This document shows positions 24,036 to 37,377 of a DNA stretch of 64,000 nt, in pieces. Under the pieces are notes generated by a model that searched no databases, was not told the origin of the DNA, and saw nothing but the letters and a program-made list of their open reading frames with translations. Positions within the stretch are counted from its first letter, which is position 1, and each line of letters opens with the position of its first letter. This stretch comes from Vicugna vicugna (lineage: Eukaryota): contig MU058844.1 in NCBI GenBank assembly GCA_013265495.1, positions 186,001 through 250,000 on the forward strand. Reading direction: 5' to 3'. Position numbers and translations under genes: made by a program.

Positions 24036-24614
24036 TAGTTAATATGAAGAGTTAGAGTACCGCCAAGCAGGGCCCATGTCAAAGCCCTAGGAGAGCTATG
24101 CAATTTCTAGTGGCTTCTTGAAAGTCTGATTGCCACTTCTATAAGGCCCTGGCCTGTGGGGCAGTATGAGCCCTCATGGCTACGAACAGTTTCCAGGTAA
24201 GCCGCAAAGATACCTGGTTCCAGCCTAACTCCCAGAAGAGCCTGCAGATTATTCTTTCTTCCAGAAACTTCCAACTCCAAGGGTTTACCAAGCCAGGATC
24301 AGACCCGAAAGAGAAATGGGATGCCTTGGTTAAGCCAGATAGAAATGCCCACACTTTGGGGCCTTCATGCCTTTGCAGACCACTCCTCCATCATAGCTGT
24401 CATACTCATCGCCTGGGAAGATTTTCCACTCCTGCTTACAGATACACTATCTCCACCAGGTCCTGGCTCCCTGCTTCTTGGCCAATGTTCAGGGGAGAAG
24501 GAAAGAATCACTGGAAGGTATGGGAGGGGACCACAATGTTGAAAGACACCACTTACCAAACCACATTAAGATACCACCATAAGAAAGACCACTTATCGAA
24601 CACCATTCTGCGTG

Positions 24615-24810
24615 AGGCACTTTCAGGTAACATCACAGAAACTTCAGAACCTAATGTCTTCTCAACCACCCTAGGAAACAGATTGGATTTTTTTTTTCAT
24701 TTTATAAGTTGAGGAAACTGCCTAAGGTCATGTAGCTAGAGGGTGGCAGAGGCAAGATCTAAACCTAGATTTACTGACCTTTAAAAGCTTTATTATTTCT
24801 GGCACTACCT
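24615..24810 (-). mobile_element. MIR SINE remnant
   Basis: cattttataagttgaggaaactg...cctaaggtcatgtagctag. Confidence 0.75.
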
Positions 24811-25253
24811 GGTGTCTTTACAAGCAGTTTTGAGGAAAGGGTGGGAGTGGAGGGGAGAAGAAATGCCACCCCTGACATCACTGCCAGGCTCCTTGCTCTA
24901 ACATTAAAAGGAAAAGAAGAGTTGGGGGGGTGGAGTAGAGACATGAAAAATAGAAAGGAAAGCAAGTCCCCTATCCGCCCCCCAACGCTTCTTACCAGTC
25001 CCCTGCCCTTGGCTTCGCACGTTCACCAGCACCTGCCTGACAAGAGCCCTCTCCTGATTCACATGGGAGGGCATTTCTGCTCTGACTTCAGCCTGATGCA
25101 AACACTTCACTTGTGCTGTAGGGCCACGATACAGTGATGGTTTACCGGCTTCCCTAATTGGAATTCAACACATTTTTCCATAAAATAACATTACATTGTG
25201 GTTAGGGTTTATAATACCAGTGGCTTTTTTATTTTGTAAAAAAAAGTATAATA

Positions 25254-25617
25254 GAGATCCACTAATCTGAAATCCAAAACACTCTGAAAACCAGAAGTTT
25301 TTTCATAACTCATTTGGCAGCAAAACCTGACCTGACCTGAACTCATTTGGCCTGAATTCATTTGGCAACCAAACTTGACCTGAACTGACATGAGGGTATT
25401 TATAGTTTTTATTTATCCCACTGAGTGTGAATATTCATCAGTTTCACTGCAGAAGTATTAATGTGTTTGATTATAGGATCCTGCTCCAGACCACACTGCA
25501 GTGCTGTGTAATAACTAGTATATGCACAATATTATCCTTCTCAAAAAACAAAAAACAAAAAACTCCAAGTCAGCAAAATCTGGCCTCAAAGCTTTTGAAT
25601 ACAGAATTGTAAACCTG
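25254..25617 (+). mobile_element. TcMar-Tigger non-autonomous element (MER46C-like)
   Basis: TA-flanked. Contains ctctgaaaaccagaagttttttcataactcatttggcagcaaaacctgacctga...tttatttatcccactgagtgtgaatattcat and ends tctggcctcaaagc...ttgtaaacctg|ta. Confidence 0.8.
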
Positions 25618-27735
25618 TATTTATTCAGATTTAACCTCCTTGAACCTCGGGTTCATTGCAAGTCTGAAATTAGGTTGTAGACAGCAACATTTCTTTGGGA
25701 AAACATATTCCTAATTTCAAACAAGCAACTTAAAGATGAACTTTTGGAACACCACTAATTCATGGGTTGGAAACTATATAAAAGTATACAATAAAGAAAA
25801 AATTCTTCATGATAAAAGGTTTCCATTCTGGAAAAAAAAGAAAAGAAGAAGGATGAGATTCTGCTTCCCATTCCCACAGAACCTTCAGGGAAGTCTTCAG
25901 CTTCCGAAAAGAGCAGCGAATCTTATTGGACCTCTCAGTGCACTGAGGAGAATATTGGAATATTAGAACATGGACTGAGAAATACTAGAAATCTTGTTAA
26001 CTGTTTCCATTTTGTCATTCTGTTCATTTATATTTCTGCCAAAATTATGTTTTTATAACTTCAACTGCAATTCAACGTTAATCTTTTAGGCAGAAGGAAA
26101 GCACCAAATGTCCCTTTCAACACAAGATGGGTTCAAAGGAAAATCCCCATCTTCTTATAATCGTTTTATTAATATGATGAATCCAGTAGCTGATTACTTT
26201 TCTCCCATTTTGTTTTAGTTGCTAGAAAAAAATCAGAGCCAAATTTATAGCCTAGTTTTAGCACCTGTGTAGAATTTTATACTGTATTTTCCTTGCATTC
26301 ACATTATTTTTCTCCTAATTTTATTTTCCTTTTGCCCAATTTCTTCATTTACTTACTTTATGTGGTGGCGATGAGGATGTATGTATGTGTAAATTTCCTC
26401 AAAATCTTTTTGGAATAAGGTGGAGTCTGGGTAAATAAATAATTGTGCACTTCATAATGTGCTGGCATGGATTCATTTACTTCCAGCTGAAAAGACTTCA
26501 GTAATAACAAAACTCTAAATCATTCTACTTGATTAATTGCACAGATACTGTGCTATAATTAAAAACTTCTATATCAAAATGCCCATGACCATCATTCATT
26601 ACATGAAATAATCATAAATTAGGGAAAGCAAAAGAGGCATCTTAGCTAAGCTGCATGTTTCAAATATATAGTCACCCAAGATGTGTGGCTGAGATCTGAT
26701 AATCACATTACCCTGAGAGCTGAGGAGGCACACGTTTCAAGTCTGAGAATACACGCTGCCTATCCCTCCACGCCATATCTGCAGACCATCAGTTACTTCC
26801 CCACAGCACCACATCTGAGCCTGAAATTGGCAGATCCCCACTTCTTGCACCAGACCCCTACTTGCTGGAGTTACTGGAAGACTACGGAGTTACAGAAAAG
26901 GTGGGGAAGTACTAAAGAGTATGCATAAAAATCCCCCAAAGTCAAACACTTTCTGTTCTACGGCTGCATCTGGTGATCATCCTTTTATTTTCTGTTCATA
27001 GCTCCAAAGCACTGTAATTTTCCTGAGTATAATCCATACTTCTGAATAGTTGTCTAGTTAAAATTTCTGAAGGGAAAAATTAGAATTTAAGTAACAAATG
27101 ATAATCAAGAATGATAAATAGTAAGTCAGGATGCACACTGTAAGCCTGCAATCCCCCCATCTCTAGCTATAGGAGCTACGTAGTAGCTCTCAAGAAGTGA
27201 AGAGGGGGTTTACATGTGCCCGACAACTGGGAAGTGGCATATTCAAGCACAGTTTTAGGTATGAGAACGATGCAGCTAGGTCAGGGGACCTGGTTTCTTA
27301 TTCAAAATTGGATCCCAGCAGAAATTTATATCAAAAACTCTCCAAAGCTGAAATCAGATCACAGAGAAAACCCAATCTTTTAAAAATGCAATTATTAGTA
27401 ATATATAGTATTGTTAGAATAAACTGACATCTATCTGATGCTACCCTATTATGATGCCAAAAAGAAAACAAAAGCAAACCAAGAAGCTTGGGGAAGGTTT
27501 TCCAACACAGAAGTTTGAGTTACAAAAAAAAGAAAAAAATCCAAAACAACAAAAAAACAGGAGAATGTTTACTGTTTTAAACTTCTAAAAATTCTTTATA
27601 AGTAATAGTTGATGTTACCTGGCCTTTTTAGTTTTAATTTTACTTTGCAGAATTTTGAGAATTTAGATGTTTAAAATCTCTTTAAAATGCTAAATTATGA
27701 CTATTACCATCCCAGGAAAGCTGTACCTAGGAGGA

Positions 27736-28304
27736 TATAGTAAGCAAAATTCTAAAGATGTGCCCCCAAGATTCCTATTCCTTGGCTATTCAAGCACTAA
27801 ACTAGGTACTGCTGTGAAAGGACTTTGCTGTGTAATTAAGGTTACTAATCATTTGAGTTTATCCAGGTGGGCCCAATGGTACAGCACAAGTCTTTTAAAA
27901 GCATAAGAAGAAAACAGAAGGGGAAAGCAGGGATATTCAAAGCACAGAAATATTCCACACACCATTGCTGGCTTTGAAAACGAAGGGAAACCATGAGTTA
28001 AGGGATGTGGAGCTGAGGAAGACCCCTGGCTCCCTGGCTTACCAGCAAACAAGAAAGTGGGACTTCAGCCCTATGATCACATGGAACTGAATTCCGCAAA
28101 TGAGCCTGGAAGTGAATTCTCCCACAGGACCTCAAGATAAAAGTCCAGGCCTGCTGATACTTTGACATCAGGCCTCGTGCGGACCTGAGCAGAGAACCCA
28201 GAAGAGCCATGCTGTGCCCAAGCTTCTGGGTGAGATAATAAACGGATGTTGTGAGCCATTAACTTTGTGGCAATTTGTTATAGCAGCAATAGAAAACTAA
28301 TACA
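27736..28304 (+). mobile_element. ERVL-MaLR solo LTR (MLT1E/D-like)
   Basis: gtaattaaggtt...tatccaggtgggcccaat...attgctggctttgaaa...tttgttatagcagcaatagaaaactaataca. TSD gagga/gaggt. Confidence 0.88.
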
Positions 28305-28749
28305 GAGGTAAAGCAAAAAAAGAACCAAAAGATGAGCACTTCTGAGTCTATTAAACTCACTTATCTTTAATGATTTCAGCTAAAGCACAGAACACTACAC
28401 AGAAACCATATACAGAAACTAAACTACCATAATGGAAAACTAGGATATAATTGTGAAATCATCAAAGGGATTTTAAAAATAAAAACTATGTTGCCAATAT
28501 ATCACTTTATTACTTAATCTCAAGTATTACCTTGAAATGGGAGATTCTGCCATTGTTTCTAAGCAGTTCAAAATAAGATTCATAAGGCATAAAGCAAGAA
28601 CTGAATGCCCAAAATGTGGGTATTATTACTATGAATCTAATCTCTTGTCTTATTCAAGTATATACCACACTAAAATATATGAAAAAATAATTTCAGACTT
28701 TTATTACGTAAGAAAGAACAAGAACCAAGGAGAGAATTCAATTTAATAA

Positions 28750-28910
28750 AAGGAGTAACATTCTGATAATTGGAGCTCTCTAGCAACAGAACAGACCACC
28801 TCAAAAAGGCAATCAGAAATGTTACTAAAGAGACTCTTACAATTCCATTATAAAAATTGGCCCAAATGACCTCTACACTCTATTCCAACTCCAAAATTCT
28901 GTGACTCCAT
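28750..28910 (+). mobile_element. L3/CR1 (or MIR3) 3' remnant
   Basis: aaatgacctctacactctattccaactccaaaattctgtga terminal motif. Confidence 0.5.
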
Positions 28911-29814
28911 CAACTTAGTATCAGTTATATTGGCTGCTATAAGAATACTGCCATTATTAAAGGACTAATTAAGTTACTATTACTCTACCGGTGAACTCAT
29001 TAGACGTTAACATTAGGTCACAGGGCAATTCTCACAGCAACATAATTATTAGCATTCTAAGTTTCTAAACAGGAATAACAGATACAAAACGAAACTGTTT
29101 TAAAGGGCAGCCTTCTGTTTTTGATTCTGCAGAACTCCTTCTCAAAAGAGAACTGTGGATGTATCCTTCTGGTTCTAAAGTGGAAGATGAGAATGGAAAA
29201 GTTCTGGCTAACCTGCCTCCATGAGAAGGGACCCAGAACACAACGTGTTAATGTACTGGAGTCACACAAACACCTGACTTCACTAGCACAGTTGCCCCTT
29301 CAAAACAAAATCTATGGAACCTGCTCATCACACAAGGACAAGAAATTTCCCAGCAACCTGTGATTGCTAATTTACCAAAGATGGGCAGCAGGCTGTTGTA
29401 AAGAATGCCAATTTTCCTGGTATACTTTTTCCAGAACACAAATACAAGTGTTTATGCAAGATTCATATTTCACTCAGGTTCATGTTTGGTTTGGTTTGGT
29501 TTGTTTCCTTAAGATTGGATGAGTTTTCCGCCCTGGTTTTGGTAGACTGAGGAAGAGCCAATCGCTTCATATTTACCTTTCACTAATGCCAAACTGGACA
29601 AATGCAAATAAACACGTCTTTCAAGTATACCTCTGTCACCTCAAAGCGCCGACTTTGCGTAAGATGCAAGGAACGAAGGGAAACTTCCAGTCACCGGCAG
29701 ATCACACCCAGGGCGCCCTCAAGGCAGCAGGGTGACTGGGCTGCACAGGACTGCAGAGCACCCCGAGCCAAGCTCTCTGCTTATCTGCTGTTCGCACAGC
29801 GCCACCGCACTCAC

Positions 29815-29834
29815 CAGTTCCTAGAGAAGGGATT
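29815..29834 (-). other. Candidate 20-nt microexon
   Basis: The - strand reads ctctttcttttttctcag|AATCCCTTCTCTAGGAACTG|gtgagt, with a long pyrimidine tract and a consensus donor, in repeat-free and locally CpG-retaining sequence. Confidence 0.4.
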
Positions 29835-32800
29835 CTGAGAAAAAAGAAAGAGCCTGGTTCCCTAGAAACATTAAATTAACACAAGGGATCTGGAAACGAA
29901 ACAGCAGATGCCTGAAAGCCTTCCCCTTGACTGTTTCCTGCCTTCTTGGAAAATCTTTGCATTAAAATAGATTGGATTACTCTCCAGATGCTGCTCGGGA
30001 ACTTCGTTTTGGGTGAACGGGAAAGCAAAGTTTGCCATCTTTTAAAAAGATTTTTCTTTCCTAGGTGGTTTGAATAGCATGTTTGGGTTGTGGATATCAG
30101 CTAGGACCCAAAGCTGTGGCTTTCTGCATTACAATAAACTTTCCAAAACATTGACTTGCAAATTAGATAACAAAAAGCCAGGCATGCGGAGTAGAAAGGT
30201 AGAGCACCGAGTGGTTAGTAAGAGTTCCGAATTGGAGATTCACATCTCTGAAACTGCCTGGAGAGAGCACGGTAGAGCCCCTTAGTTTACAAAGAAGAAA
30301 ATAATAAAAGTTTTATTTCTAAGCCTATTTCCTTTGATCACAGCTATAAAAACACAAAAAAGTAAAGCTATCTAATAGCGTTTCCAAAGAGTCAAAAACA
30401 AAAGCAGAAAGGCTTATGAGTAATATTTTATCAGCCTCCTCATTCTAAAACCTCATACACTAACCTCCACCCATCGACCCTATCTGCAAATTAATCTTAT
30501 ATAATTTATAAATTCAAACCAAGATTATAAACCACACACCTTGAGAACAGTAGGCCTTAGGAACAGAATACACTACACTTTGATGTCATCCTTACTTTCA
30601 TATTCATACAGTTTTGGAAGCTGAGAATAAGATCCAAGGCTTCCTATGGGATACCAGGATATTACAGAGGAAATAAAGTTTTTACTGTCACAGCACCTTC
30701 CTTGATATTTTAACTTTTTATCTTGATAACCTTCAAGATGGGACTCCATAGTCATCAGCCACTATTTTATATGCATCATGCTTTCTAGTAAATCAGACAG
30801 CAGTCTCCAGTCCTAAAGGGATTCTACGTTCATCCTAAATTTGGGAGCACAAGATAGGGGAGAAGTCTATTACATGCTCCTCTGAACAAAAATAAAATTA
30901 AATATCTTGGCCTAAGCATGAAAGCAGCAAAGCAGTCAGACAGAATCATTTCATCTGTAACAGGGCAAGTGTACAGCTCCCTGAGAAGAGCAGCCCTAAG
31001 TATTTCTGTTTTAACAGCTCACAGGGAATGCACAAAATCTATCATTCCTCCCTGATGTATGAAAAACTAAAGGGCAATTTCCTAGCAACTTCGGTGCTTT
31101 CTAACTTAATGACTGAACTTACAGGAAAGCAAGTAAAAAATTTAAGTGTTTACAAGAAAGCAAAGGAAAATGCTGCAAAAATTATTTGGCTGGCAGGCCG
31201 CAGAGAAAACCGGAATCTTTGCAGGACTCACCGAAGTACAGAGCTGTTTTAAAACTGAAAGTCAAACAGCTTTGACAGGTATTAAGTATTTTATACAAGA
31301 AAATTATCAAACGTACTTTCTTTTTTTGATATCATAAATAGAATCATTTCTATTATGAAAAAACTATAGTTACACAAAAATAATTAAACTGCTAGGACAA
31401 GAATAAATAACGAGTCACATAGTGTTATTAGTCAATGTTGGCCTTAAAAAAAAGACCAGAGAATTTCAAAATGCTTATGAATAATCAAGTACGACTCCCA
31501 TATTTCCTAAGCAGGTAGTGATACTAAGGACATGGTTTTCACAGAAATACATTCCACTTATTTTTATGTATTAATTATACTAACAAACAAAAATGACTAA
31601 CTAACTACAAATAAAAATGAATTGACTCGGATAGCTTCTTCAGAAAATTTTTTTTATTAAAAATAAAACCTGTGGTAAACTACAGAATTAGAGAAGATTA
31701 ACAAATTTTAAAATTCCCTCCAAATTATTTTTGGAAAAAAAAAAAAGCCAGTACCCATGCCACAGAAAAATGTAAATAGCTTATAATCCTTAGATTCCTT
31801 TCACATAGCTAATGGGGATCTCATTTCTGCAATTTCTGCATACTTAACTGAAATGTTAAAGAAAAGGAGAAATATTTAGATGTTAATAAAAAGTTATTCT
31901 AATTATCCTACTTCACTATCTAACATCAGCTCAACCAAGTTCAATATCTAGTAAGTGCCTGGTCTGCTTCGGTAGGGTTTGTTTTTTTTTTTTTCTATTT
32001 TAAAATCACTACTAAACAAATATGGTAACTACTAGTTAAAACTCTAAATCCAAATGTCATATGCTGTGTTGTAAAAATGTGCACAGTATTAGTTAAGTAT
32101 ACTTTTCCTTCCATATATTTTTATATCTTTGACCAAACTTTAGCTTATGATTTGTAACCTAAAATAAAAACATTTGTATTTTATGTCAAAAAATCAGTAA
32201 ATTTCTTTTAAAGTTAGATGCTTCAAAATAAATGATATAAATATTGTAATGAAAGCTGTTATAATTAAAGAAGGTGATTGGTAATGAGGAGGAAAACTGA
32301 AGGCATATTCACAATAAATCAAAAGCAGAGTTGTAAACAGCAGCCTCCACAATGATTAGTAATGTTTATTTATAAAATACTGGTCTCTGTGTTAATTCAG
32401 ACATATAAGCTGATGTGCTTTCTCCTTAATAAATGAAAAATAATTTTCTGGTTTTTTTGTATTTTTAAGGTCAGAACAACTGTTTATAAAAACAGAAGAC
32501 AACTTCCAGAATCTTTCTCTTTCCCTATTTCAAAACTACGAGTTTTTATTTTTATCTTTTCAAATTCTTGAAATTCAATGACAATGTCATAGCTCTGAAA
32601 ACCAAGATAATAGAAACCACCAACTGCAGGAGACAGCCTTGATGCTTTTGATTATATTTTCCTAGAAAGATTGATATGATATTGGTATTTAATCTCAATA
32701 GCCATTTTTTTTTTTAGAGAAATGCTCCAATGCCAACAGTAGTTAGATAATCTAAATCTCAGTAGTTCAGACAAATTTAGCCCATTGGCATACTCAAAAA

Positions 32801-33216
32801 ACAGAATAATTTAATAAGACCCAAATAACATATTATATTCTATTTTAAACAGTATGTTATATACTTTCAAGGCACATGTTCTATTAAGATAAGTGAGTAC
32901 CAACCTCAAATCTGAGTTGAAAATGAGCAGGGTACGCATTTTTTTTTAAAGGACAAAGGGCTGCGTTAACCACTGCTCGGTCTGCCGTCTGGGTATAGAG
33001 GAGAGATGGAAAGTACAACAGCCAGGTTCTTCACCTGGACAGCTACCTATTCTGTGGCACTACATTTCCTGCTAGGTTCTGATCACTGTCAATCAGAACA
33101 GCTTCAAGTGTCTCTACAGTCAGATACCTGTGTGTTTTGCTATAAGAAGGGGAAAAACAAAAAATATATATAAAACTCTCTTTTCCCAAACTCCCCATCC
33201 TTTCAAAATCATACTT

Positions 33217-33286
33217 AATTAATGGAAGTTAGTATGATGAAGAAAGAAACCAATTAATGGAAGTTAGTATGATGAAGAAAGAAACC
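33217..33286. repeat. Perfect 35-bp tandem duplication
   Basis: aattaatggaagttagtatgatgaagaaagaaacc occurs at 33217-33251 and again at 33252-33286. Confidence 0.97.
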
Positions 33287-34959
33287 ATCACCCAAATGAT
33301 TTCTCTTTAAGACACATTTTAAGGCCAGGAGGACACATTCTTCTTTCTTTTTTCCTTTTTTCTTTTTCAAGCCGGATTTATCTGAGTTACTTATGATTTA
33401 TATTCTGTTTGAATCTGGTCCCTGTTATCTTTTGTAATTTTGTGGAAAGAAATAAGATTTCCATTGTTTATGAAGCTAAAACAAGAGGTTGACACTTCAT
33501 GCACAAAAAGAATAACCAAAGGTTACGGTGATGTCAATTTTAGTTTTTGCTGAGGGCTGGTGGATTTTGGGGGGTTTTTTGTTTTTGTTTTGTTTTTTTT
33601 TTTTTTTTTGCAGTGCAGGTTGGGTAGGAGTGGAGGTGAAGGTAAGGCAGGTGTGAAGAACTGAGTGTGTTTTCTTAAAGGAGGAGTGGATTTTCACAGC
33701 TCCCTCCCCACGTCAGTGTTCTCCTGGTTCTAAGGAGGGGGCCTGCTTTGCCAGCTCTTCTGGATAGACTTCATAATAGAGTAGGCAGGCTCTATTCTCT
33801 AGGAAGGCTGAAGCTGGCAACTGCATCTCATGGAAGATTCCACAAAAGGCTAAATTAGGATGAGATCGTCAACAGGCTTCAAAAAGGCAGAGTTCCAGGC
33901 CCCATCCCTGAGGCCAAACGGGCCTCCTTCAGGTCCTCATCCCCACAGTCTGACACTTTTGGCCTCCCCTCTCTCCTCTAGCTTCCCACCCCATTCTTCT
34001 GCCAGCCCTTCCTTTTTTCCTCTAACCCTGCAAAAAATGAGCAGTGCTGTTGTTTTGCTCCAACTGACAAAACAGCTAAGAAACAGCAGAAGAACACGAC
34101 TGTCCAGCTTTTACAGTAAAAAATGAATAGAGAGGGAGGGAGCTGTTTATGAAACTCCCCGGCTTGCCTTCATAATACTCTCACCCCCACCCCTCTTGGC
34201 CTCCTGAATACCCAAATGAAATTATATAATGAGCTTTATTTTCTCACTCCTAAATTCTTCCTTAGTCCAAACTGCTAATGCGGCAGGTTCCAGCTGCCTA
34301 AATTCCCTAAACAACATTCCCTGTTCCATAAAAAGCACGCAATTGCAAGCACAGCAGTCCCGCTCCACTTCTGAGAACTAGAAATTGACTACCCAGTTCC
34401 TTGGCCTGGGGAGGCCGTGAAACCGGCGATGTGGACGGAGTATTTAAAGGCAAACAATATCTGAGGTTCCACTTCACTCCCAAGCAGCCAAGAGTGGACG
34501 AGCAGAGGCCACTCGCCATTTTCCTGCTGACTCTTGCACTCATTCCCTGGGAACTACCTCCATTTCCAGTGGAGAAAGGGGAATACTGAATTTGCAGTGC
34601 TTTTGATGAATGCACTTGTTTCACGAAGAGGAAGAATTCTGCACAATAGTCTGCCTTAGTTAGGAGACTAAAAACTGTACATGCCAGAATAGCAAATACA
34701 GTAAAGTGCAAAGCTTTGAGTCCTTTCTTTTAAGTTAGTTAATACAATTTCAATGTTTACATAATAGTCATTGACTTTTCTCTGACATCTAGTATATGCC
34801 TCGACCTCTGGCAAAAATACTATCCCAACCATCGTAAGCAGACGTAAATGCTTTATTTTGACATTTAAGACTCCAAAGAAAGAGATTCCATAACCTACCT
34901 TGGCATGGCCAGACTTCACAACAGCCTCTATACTTGACAATCTAGTGATATCTAATTAC

Positions 34960-35280
34960 TTGGAGTTCCCTGCACACACCATGCTAGTCCATGTCTTCCT
35001 GTCTCTCCATGTGCTGTCTCCTCTATCTAGAATACCCTCTCCAACCTTGTCCACACAGTGAACTCTAATTTTTCCTTCAATAGGTGGCCTATGCCACCAT
35101 TCCTCACCTGTCCCAGATCCAAGTCCATCACTGCCTCCTTTGTCACGTGTACCTACACGGCCCCTGTGAGAGAGTACCATGTTTGTTCATGTGTCTATCT
35201 CCCCTGCTGGACTCAAATCCTTTGAGGAATTAATTGTTTTTGTATCTCCAGAGCCCTGTATACTTTGCACCAAACCAATA
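34960..35280 (+). mobile_element. L2 remnant
   Basis: gttccctgcacacaccatgct...tgtctatctcccctgctggact...tgtatctccagagcc. Confidence 0.7.
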
Positions 35281-36099
35281 AACAAACAAAACCAGGTGCT
35301 ATATACGAGAACTAATCTGATGTGGCTGTAAAGTGACTTCTAGCTTTTAACCATAATGAGCCTACTACATGGCTCATACAGATCCTGCTTGCTGATCCCG
35401 TCTGTCAATGCAATAGTCTGAAACCATTTGTTCTTGCTGTATCCTCAGAGGAAAAAGAAAAACCTGTCACACTTCTCTGTCCTCTGTATCATAATTAGAT
35501 GGGGGTAAGAGCTGGGGGACTGGAAAATAATTGGCCTACCTAATCATATCCTAAAAGAAATCAGCATGGAACTCAAGGAAATCAATGGATCTATCAAATT
35601 TTAACACATATTCCATCCACCCACCCCAAGTACTTAAAATGGCATTGATGGAAACAAAAGAGAGAATTTACTGTGGAGAACAAAATAAAACTGGTAGAAG
35701 AAATAATTTGAGGAAGAGCTGGGGTAAGTGATATTTGTAAACAAAGATAAGAAAAACATAAATGATGGAGGTCAAAACAGAAAGTTTTGAACCTAAGGAC
35801 TATAGAGATCAGTCTGGTTTCCTTTTCGAGTAATAGGCTGACCACAGACAAGAATAATAGGAACATCATTCCCCAATTCCTACACAATGTACTGCACTGC
35901 TGTTTAAGCATCCCAGCATCATGCTTGCTCTGACAAATACGAGTGCTAGGTACTGATGCACATCTCAGCTCCGTTGCCATGATTCTACTTTGAGTTTCTC
36001 TTTGTCTATTTCAACAATTTATGTACCACATTTCTCAAAAGTTTTTCTGGGACTGGACCAAAGGGAGAGAGGCAGAAAAGGGAAGCTAAAATCTCTCAA

Positions 36100-36260
36100 G
36101 GACATATTACATGTTCTAGTCACTTTACGTATGCCACTTCTACACCACCCTCCCAATAAGCCCATTTGGTAGGCATGATTATTCCCATTCCGATGCAATG
36201 TCTCAATCCTATGTCTCTCTGGTTCTAAATTAAGTACTCTTTTCATAAATCATACTATTC
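36100..36260 (-). mobile_element. MIR remnant
   Basis: ggtaggcatgattattcccatt...tcaatcctatgtctctctggttctaaa. Confidence 0.55.
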
Positions 36261-36317
36261 CTATTTCTAATATCAGCATTAAGGACACAGAAGGCAGCTT
36301 CTAAGGTAAGAGGTGTA

Positions 36318-36460
36318 TCATTCATTCATTCATTCATTCATTCAACATTTATGAAACAGTTACTGAGCCGGGCACTGTACTCTCTTTTATAATATAAAAC
36401 ATATACAAGTTCTGGTGTTGACTTCAAATTGCTCAAAGTTTAGTGGGAAAGGGACAGAAA
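36318..36460 (-). mobile_element. L2 3' end with (CATT)n tail
   Basis: (cattcatt)n caacatttatgaaacagttactgagccgggcactgt. Confidence 0.8.
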
Positions 36461-36731
36461 AATAAATAACCTGGTTTATTCTCTTTTCCCTCAGGCTCTG
36501 TATTGGGTTTTGTTTTCCATCTTTGTCACTTTTTGCTGCCACTTTACTAACTTCCCATATCTTAGTAGTTGCTTTCGTGTCCCTTATTTAAACATTAATA
36601 AAACATGAGAAACCTACATCATTTCATAAACTGCCTTCATTGCTAGAATCACACGCTGGAGGGAAGTGAACTGAAAAAACCATAAGCATTTAAACTTGCT
36701 CCAGCCACTCTCCGTTTCGTGCTGCTAGAGT

Positions 36732-37290
36732 ATTCATTCAATCATTTACTCATATTTTTGGAGCACCTAATATAAGGCCCAGTGCTGGCTGGGAAGTAGC
36801 AGTGGAAACAAGATAACCAGAGTCCCTGCCCTCATGAAGCTTATCTTCTAACCAATCCAAGAGGGAAGGAAAGTAGCAAGCAAATCCATAGATGGTGACA
36901 GGCATGTTACAAAGAAAAACCACAGGACGTGGGGAGAAAGGCACAGGGACCCAACCTTGGCTGGGGGATGAAGAAGGCCCCTCAGAAGTGGCGTTAATGC
37001 CAAGATCTTTGAGTTGAGTGAAGCCTGATGAAGGTGGGGGTGGACAGGTAAGGGGGAACAGAGAAGAGCAGTCCAAGCAGAGGGAACAGAATATGCAAGG
37101 GCCTGAAGCTGGAAAGAATACAATGCTTCTGAGGTGAGGAAAGAAGGCCAATGAGGCTGGAAGACGGGTTATAAGAGGGAAAGTGTCCCAAGATAAGGCT
37201 GAGAAGGTGGCGCAGCCAAGTGCTACAGGGCATTGTAGAGGACATTTTGGATTCAAATCTCACAGTGAGAGCAATGGGATTGCACTGAAA
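36732..37290 (-). mobile_element. L2 LINE remnant
   Basis: attcattcaatc...gagcacctaatata...ccctgccctcatgaagctta...cagagggaacagaatatgcaagggcctga. This explains the ORFs at 36750..37263. Confidence 0.85.
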
Positions 37291-37377
37291 GGTAAAAGCT
37301 CATTCACTGAACTCAAATTCCCTTGGCTACCTGTGACTGATGTATCAAGAAGAAAACAGTATGAAAAAGTTCTTCAA

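Noticed and set aside
24176..24712. Longest ORF in the track (178 aa)
   Set aside because: It has no recognisable domain, its 3' end runs into a MIR, and it has no convincing splice context; consistent with chance.
25305..25390. Short repeated units (actcatttggc, acctgacctgaac) resembling an array
   Set aside because: These are internal duplications of a MER46C-like element with no regular repeat-spacer structure; a CRISPR array is not plausible in this mammalian DNA.
29600..30300. CpG island
   Set aside because: CpGs are only modestly enriched over a few hundred bases, not an island-like density by eye.
34899..34941. Possible - strand exon with AAG|gtaggt donor
   Set aside because: The acceptor (aattagatatcactag) lacks a pyrimidine tract.
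36750..37263. Overlapping - strand ORFs up to 168 aa
   Set aside because: They lie in an L2 3' remnant whose stop-poor composition gives spurious ORFs.
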